DNA of 59,582 bases, counting the filler. It is 8 parts of 8 records of this genome, joined end to end, with 100 filler letters (N's around TTAATTAATTAA, not from the genome) between each part and the next. Parts side by side here need not be neighbours in the genome. Positions count along the whole stretch, not along the records: positions 53,498 to 59,582 come from SRR31147125_73388; 7 more parts are not named here. One strand, given 5' to 3'. Position 1 is the first letter of the stretch; each line of letters starts with the position of its first letter. Made by a program: the position numbers and the translations under genes. The notes beneath the pieces were generated by a model, which worked only from the letters and a program-made list of their open reading frames with translations, searched no databases and had not been told where the DNA came from. Below, one piece after another: positions 54,336 to 59,582 of this stretch.

Positions 54336-55518
54336 CTAAAACCTCTTTAAAAACCTTACCTACATATTCCAATTCTTCTTTTTCAAGATACTGATGACAA
54401 CCTATATAAAACCCTCTACTTCCCACCTTATCTGCATTTGATAGCTTCCCAACATATTGATCCTTTAAATATGAATATGCTGGCTGCTGAGTCGGTATAC
54501 AACCAAACAGAGGTCTTGTCTCTACCCCCAACTTCTCCAACTTTCTCATCAGCTCCTGTCGTGAAATATTTTCATCTTTAATAATTATTGGATAAGCAAG
54601 GTAACTTACATCTTCCGAAAAATATGGCAACTCCAACCTATCAGAATATTTTTCAAGAAGAGTATTTAGATATCTCACATTTTCCAAACGTTTTGACAAA
54701 ATTTGATCTGCCCTGTCCATTTGTCCTAGGGCAAGCGAAGCCTGGAATTCAGTCGTTTTAAAATTGTAACCTATTACATCATGAGTAAACCTGGGATCAA
54801 AATCTTCATCTTGATAAGGGCAATAGCCCTTGTGCCTTGTACACTCTTTACAATCACAGAGCCTGCCATTTGTTTTCATCTTCTTCGCAAGCTTCCATAA
54901 TTTTTCATCGTCCGTAACTAATGCTCCCATCTCTCCAGCCTGAATATTATGGGCTATATAAAATGAAAAATCAGCAAACACTGAAAAGTTACCCGTTTTC
55001 TTCCCTTTATAGACTGAACCATGAGCTTGGGCACTATCTTCAAAAACGACAGCACCATATTTATCTGCTATTTCATTCAAACGATCCATATCATTTGGAT
55101 AACCCATCAAATGAACAGGAAGAATAATTGCGATATCGTTATTGTCCTCAAAGGCTTTTTCTACTTGATCCGGCAATAATGTAAATGTCCGTGGGTCAAT
55201 ATCTACAAAGATAGGTTCTAACCCTGCCAAGACTAAAGAATTAACCGAAGAAATATAGGTAACTGGACTAACAAGAACTTTAGCTCCACGTTTTATCTTT
55301 GGATATCTTTCATCGATAACAAGACTGGAAAAACCACACATCATGGCTGCTGTACCAGAGCTCACGGCAATACAATATTTAGTTCCGATATAGTTTGCGA
55401 AAGCCTCTTCAAATCTTCTAACAAAAAGACCTTCAGAGACACGACCAGAAGCCATAACCTCAGCTATGGCTCTATGTTCTTCTTCGTCTAATCTAAAATC
55501 ACCTACTGAAACTCTCAT
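54328..55518 (-). CDS. DegT/DnrJ-family PLP/PMP enzyme, His-type (ColD/E1-like 3-dehydrase)
   Basis: SSGTAA, PVHLMG and EDSAQAHG motifs. SFYIAHN has His at the usual Schiff-base Lys position, followed by GRLCDCKEC...C. Confidence 0.82.
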   Translation of the reverse strand: MRVSVGDFRLDEEEHRAIAEVMASGRVSEGLFVRRFEEAFANYIGTKYCIAVSSGTAAMMCGFSSLVIDERYPKIKRGAKVLVSPVTYISSVNSLVLAGLEPIFVDIDPRTFTLLPDQVEKAFEDNNDIAIILPVHLMGYPNDMDRLNEIADKYGAVVFEDSAQAHGSVYKGKKTGNFSVFADFSFYIAHNIQAGEMGALVTDDEKLWKLAKKMKTNGRLCDCKECTRHKGYCPYQDEDFDPRFTHDVIGYNFKTTEFQASLALGQMDRADQILSKRLENVRYLNTLLEKYSDRLELPYFSEDVSYLAYPIIIKDENISRQELMRKLEKLGVETRPLFGCIPTQQPAYSYLKDQYVGKLSNADKVGSRGFYIGCHQYLEKEELEYVGKVFKEVLDG

Positions 55519-56335
55519 AAGTCTTCCTCAACCCTTCTTTTATATCGGTTTTTGGACTCCACCCCAAACTCTTCGCAAAATCATTACTCAGCACAAATAT
55601 TTTTTTCTTCTCAGGGACTTCTTCAACCTCTCCATCTAAACCAAATTCCCTAAAATATTCTTCAATTTTTGTTAAAGGAAAACCCACTCCTGAACTAATA
55701 TTAACTTCTTTTCCATCCCAATTACGACTTTTTGAAGCCAAAATATAGGCATCGCAGACATCTTCAACAAAAACAAAATCCAACTCTGAAGATTTAGACA
55801 AAAATAATTTCCGATTATACACATCAAAAATTGGATTCTTTTTCATCCCGGGTCCATAAACCCAAGTCATCCTTAGTATGGTAAATTCGACATCATTTTT
55901 CTTACACCATTCTTTTAGAACATGCTCGGCTTCAAGCTTGTTTCTTCCATAGTTGTTCGAGGGAGTTAATTTTGAAGATTCATCACTAACACCATCACCA
56001 TAAATCTGGCATGTTGAAGCTAGAACGACCTTCTTTAAACGCTTTTTATCAAGTACTTCCAACGCGGAAGTCAAACTTGTAACATTAATCTCTTTATCTA
56101 ATTCGGGATTCTTTTCAGAAAACCAAACCCCTGGAGACCCAACCAGATGGACAAAAATATCTGTTTCTAGGCCAGAAATCCCCTCATTAAGATCTGCTTC
56201 AATGAATTCAAAATTTGAGTGATCAACATCAAAAGGGACTCTGTCACATGCAACCACAGACTCCCCTTCTTGCAACAACATTTTAACGAGATGACGTCCC
56301 AAAAAGCCTGAAGCCCCTGTAATAAAATACTTCAT
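55499..56335 (-). CDS. NAD-dependent epimerase/reductase (extended SDR)
   Basis: ITGASGFLG, YGRNK (YxxxK), VYGPG, DFVFVED. Confidence 0.88.
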   Translation of the reverse strand: MKYFITGASGFLGRHLVKMLLQEGESVVACDRVPFDVDHSNFEFIEADLNEGISGLETDIFVHLVGSPGVWFSEKNPELDKEINVTSLTSALEVLDKKRLKKVVLASTCQIYGDGVSDESSKLTPSNNYGRNKLEAEHVLKEWCKKNDVEFTILRMTWVYGPGMKKNPIFDVYNRKLFLSKSSELDFVFVEDVCDAYILASKSRNWDGKEVNISSGVGFPLTKIEEYFREFGLDGEVEEVPEKKKIFVLSNDFAKSLGWSPKTDIKEGLRKTYESFSR

Positions 56336-56340
56336 ACATA

Positions 56341-57387
56341 TTACCCTTTTAGCAAAGCTTCTTTTTCAGCTTGTTTAAGATCAGACTCAACCATAATATT
56401 GACAAGTCCTTCTAGATCAAATTTTGGTTCCCAACCCAATTTTGCTTTGGCTTTAGATGGATCCCCAAGCAACAAATCAACCTCGGCTGGTCTGAAATAT
56501 TTAGGAGAAATCTCTACAAGAACCTTACCACTCTTCTTATCTATGCCTTTTTCATCAACGCCTTCACCCTGCCACTCAATATCCCAATCGAGCTTTTTAG
56601 CAGTCATTTCAACAAAGGTACGAACCGTATTTGTTTGGCCAGTTGCAACAACATAATCATCGGGTTGATCTTGTTGAAGCATTAACCACATTGCCTCAAC
56701 ATAATCTTTAGCATAACCCCAATCTCTCTTAGCATCCATATTTCCAAGTTTCAGAGTATCTTGCAAACCATGCTTCATTCTTGCCATTGAAAGAGTAATT
56801 TTTCTCGAAACAAAATTTTCGCCTCTCCTTGGAGATTCATGGTTGAACAAAATACCATTACAGGCAAACATATTGTAGGATTCTCTATAGTTTTTAACAA
56901 TCCAGTAGCCATAGGCTTTTGCACAAGCATAAGGACTACGGGGGTGAAATGGGGTCTCTTCATTCTGAGGAGTTTCAACGACCTTACCATACAATTCACT
57001 GGAAGAAGCTTGATAAAATTTAGACTTCAAACCGACTTCTCTCATGGCATCTAGAATTCTAACAACACCTAGAGCTGTAATCTCAGCTGTATATTCTGGG
57101 ATCTCAAAACTAATTCCAACGTGAGATTGGGCCGCCAAGTTATATATCTCATCCGGTCCAACTTTTTCCATAATTCTGTTCAAAGAACTAGCATCATTCA
57201 AATCACCATAAACAAGATGAAAATTCTCTCTAGACTGAGCACCATTTACGTGGAGGTGATCAATTCTCTCTCTATTAAAACTACTGGATCTTCTAACAAC
57301 TCCGTAGACCTCATAGCCCTTATCCAGTAAAAATTCTGCCAAATAAGAACCATCTTGACCTGTAACACCTGTAATTAAAGCTTTCAT
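56341..57387 (-). CDS. gmd: GDP-mannose 4,6-dehydratase
   Basis: [66 protein letters not shown]. Confidence 0.97.
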   Translation of the reverse strand: MKALITGVTGQDGSYLAEFLLDKGYEVYGVVRRSSSFNRERIDHLHVNGAQSRENFHLVYGDLNDASSLNRIMEKVGPDEIYNLAAQSHVGISFEIPEYTAEITALGVVRILDAMREVGLKSKFYQASSSELYGKVVETPQNEETPFHPRSPYACAKAYGYWIVKNYRESYNMFACNGILFNHESPRRGENFVSRKITLSMARMKHGLQDTLKLGNMDAKRDWGYAKDYVEAMWLMLQQDQPDDYVVATGQTNTVRTFVEMTAKKLDWDIEWQGEGVDEKGIDKKSGKVLVEISPKYFRPAEVDLLLGDPSKAKAKLGWEPKFDLEGLVNIMVESDLKQAEKEALLKG

Positions 57388-57467
57388 TCAACAACCTCCT
57401 TAAGTAAGGCTCGAATCAATATATCAGAATATTAAAGACGTCTAGGTAAAAATTCTTTAGATTTTCC

Positions 57468-58928
57468 TCATTTATAAATAGCAATATAGCGTTTAGAATC
57501 AAAATCAGCTCTTCTCACCAATGTTAACTCTCTATCTATGCCCTTATCTATCAGAAAGACGCTGCTGGGTTCAAAGCCTAGAAAAAAATAATCGACTTCT
57601 TTTAAATCATTAAGCCATTTATCCTTATCAACTTTAACACCGGTTGCGATATATCCAAGCACTGTAAACTTATCGATATTATCGAAACAAAAATAGGCTT
57701 CAGGAACTCCACCAAAATAGAGTTTGGAACCTTCTGGAATTGTATCGACTTCCAACTCTTCACAAAATTTTGAATAATCTTTTTCCGTTAATGAATGGTC
57801 GCCAAAGAAGTTATACATATTCTTACTTATACAACCAATAAAGAGCAATATCATCAATGCAGACAACGCATAACGTAATGGTTCATTCTTTAGTTTCAGG
57901 AATCGGTCGAGCAGTAGTGCACCGACAATCCACATAAAACTGAGAGGAAAAATTATATACCACATCTCTCTAGAAAGAGAAAACATGGCCAATGAAAAGA
58001 AAAGTGTTAAAAAGATAAAAACTACATCTAGATATCTTTTCTCATCTCTTTTAGTAACAAGATAAGAAACGAGCAATGACAAACCCAGAGCCGGAAGCGT
58101 AAAATAGTATGCCGGGATTCCTGAAAAGACTGTCAGAAGCATCTCATCTTTTCTAGTCATCTGGGCTTCCATCTGAGCCGAAAACAGATCAAGGTTAGTA
58201 AAGACGTAGACCAACCATAATAGAAAGAACACAACAGGAATGATGGTATACAAAGTCGAAAGCTTGAAAAACTCTCTAAATTTAAATCCGAAGAAAATCG
58301 TCACTACGGATGAGGCATAGATAAAAGCGGCTACAGGATGTGTTACCCCAAGCATTCCTGTAAAAAGTGAGGCCAGGATCAAACAACCAATCTCTGTTTT
58401 GCCATCCATATATCTCTGGATAAATCTCAAAAAATAGTAGGCAGATATTACTATTAACATCAAGACAAAGGTGTCCATCCTACCAACTCGGGCTCCGCGA
58501 ATATATAGGGTGTTAAAACCAAGAGCAATTAGTGTCACATACCTTATAGATTTATAGGAAATTAGATGTCTTAGAATCCGAGCAATAAAGACAAGAGCCA
58601 CTACCGAACATGAAATCGAAAAAAATCTTAAAACTTCAAGCTTTGCACCAAAAAAGGCGACCAGCGGAACCATAGTCAAAAAATATAGGGGCGGATAAAA
58701 GAACATAGCTTTATCCATTCCGGGGATTGCAGACCCATAGATTGTTGTCCCTAAAACACCGTTTTTCACAAAGCTATCTATTATAGTGATATAAAATGGC
58801 TCATCAGGCCACGGCGGAGGATATTGCGTATAAAAAACAGATGCAAAAACTCCAAAAGATAGAACTATAAGTATTTCAACACCGTACTCTATAATAAAAT
58901 TCTTAACCTTCATACTCCCCCTAAACAT
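57468..58928 (-). CDS. GT-C (PMT/ArnT-like, GT39-type) membrane glycosyltransferase
   Basis: WPDEPFY, YPPLYF, LRFFS and RVGRMD motifs; many TM segments. Confidence 0.8.
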   Translation of the reverse strand: MFRGSMKVKNFIIEYGVEILIVLSFGVFASVFYTQYPPPWPDEPFYITIIDSFVKNGVLGTTIYGSAIPGMDKAMFFYPPLYFLTMVPLVAFFGAKLEVLRFFSISCSVVALVFIARILRHLISYKSIRYVTLIALGFNTLYIRGARVGRMDTFVLMLIVISAYYFLRFIQRYMDGKTEIGCLILASLFTGMLGVTHPVAAFIYASSVVTIFFGFKFREFFKLSTLYTIIPVVFFLLWLVYVFTNLDLFSAQMEAQMTRKDEMLLTVFSGIPAYYFTLPALGLSLLVSYLVTKRDEKRYLDVVFIFLTLFFSLAMFSLSREMWYIIFPLSFMWIVGALLLDRFLKLKNEPLRYALSALMILLFIGCISKNMYNFFGDHSLTEKDYSKFCEELEVDTIPEGSKLYFGGVPEAYFCFDNIDKFTVLGYIATGVKVDKDKWLNDLKEVDYFFLGFEPSSVFLIDKGIDRELTLVRRADFDSKRYIAIYK

Positions 58929-59005
58929 CTTTTATAACTTGTAAGAGCGGTCCAAATTTGATACTTAGCAAAAAATTTCAAAACCTCTAACACATTGAAG
59001 ATATT

Positions 59006-59582
59006 ATGAAAATAAAAAAACATCATTTAATTTTAGTCGGAATCATCGTCTTTGCTGCAGTTCTTTGGACGATAAAACTCGGGGCCTTACCACTCTGGTC
59101 GGATGAAGCTCATACCGCCTTCCTGGGAAAGAGTATTGGGGAACACGCTCTTCCTAAGGCATGGGATGGTCAAAACCTCATGACAGGCGTACAAACTGAA
59201 GATTCAAATCAAGACTTGATAATCACCTGGGATCAACCCCTTCAGTTCTACCTTGTTTATGCTTCTTTCGCACTCTTTGGAGAGAGTAACTTTACAGCCA
59301 GACTGCCTTTTTTATTAGCTGGGCTTTTATGCATTCCGTTGCTCTATCTTTTCGTCTTAAAATTTACGGGCAATCGAAATCTTGCTCTTTTATCGGCAGG
59401 GATTTTAGCAGTATCGGTAATCTTCATAACTCATGCTAGACAGTGCAGATACTATTCAGTAGTTGCTTTCTTTGCCCTGACGCTATTCATTTCGTATTTA
59501 GATATTATTAGAGAAAAAAGGAAAAACATATCATCCTCTACACCAAACGACGTGTCATCCTCGGGCTTGACCCGAGGATCTA
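59006..59582 (+). CDS. Second GT-C (PMT/ArnT-like) glycosyltransferase, 3' truncated; absent from ORF track
   Basis: MKIKKHHLILVG..LWSDEAHTA..QPLQFYL..FGESNFTARLPF..ARQCRYYS; the frame is open to the window end. Confidence 0.85.
   Translation, partial: MKIKKHHLILVGIIVFAAVLWTIKLGALPLWSDEAHTAFLGKSIGEHALPKAWDGQNLMTGVQTEDSNQDLIITWDQPLQFYLVYASFALFGESNFTARLPFLLAGLLCIPLLYLFVLKFTGNRNLALLSAGILAVSVIFITHARQCRYYSVVAFFALTLFISYLDIIREKRKNISSSTPNDVSSSGLTRGS
59553..59582. repeat. REP-like palindromic element inside the GT-C reading frame
   Basis: TGTCATCCTCGGGCTTGACCCGAGGATCTA, read in frame as SSSGLTRGS. Confidence 0.75.

Overview
This window is not one locus. It is eight unrelated contigs joined by 100-nt artificial spacers (N44-TTAATTAATTAA-N44). 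(1) 1-8761, Bacteroidota-like: wzz, SLBB/wza-type export gene, wzi-like, wecA/mraY-like, serS and the 3' end of rpmA. (2) 8862-13936, Bacteroidota-like: NarK-type transporter, Crp/Fnr-family regulator with twin palindromic operators, and a large repetitive fibre-like secreted protein. (3) 14037-19533, GC-rich bacterium: NTT/TLC-family transporter, sensorless hybrid kinase, radical SAM protein, GH3-like protein. (4) 19634-33996, Desulfobacterota-like: S1 protease, yaaA, putA plus Lrp, ArnT/GT2/PAP2, YkgJ, RluA, a 145-bp MITE, DUF711/ACT, amidohydrolase. (5) 34097-39720, a eukaryotic contig that the ORF track misses: a kexin-like protease gene I could splice by hand across 25 short GT-AG introns (prodomain-S8-P-FN3-EGF-golvesin-like-LamG), converging on an RCC1-repeat gene. 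(6) 39821-46161, Bacteroidota ECF sigma/FecR/SusC plus DUF1593. (7) 46262-53397, EEP, HIRAN-like, ilvD and a vgrG-DUF6484-PAAR-like cassette. (8) 53498-59582, low-GC bacterium: gmd, SDR, a His-type DegT-family enzyme with a Cys cluster, a polyprenol-P GT2 and two GT-C genes, bounded by REP-like palindromes. Many genes in contigs 1-4 carry single-base indels in base runs, which are probably sequencing errors. All family and taxon calls come from recognising motifs by eye. No searches were run.
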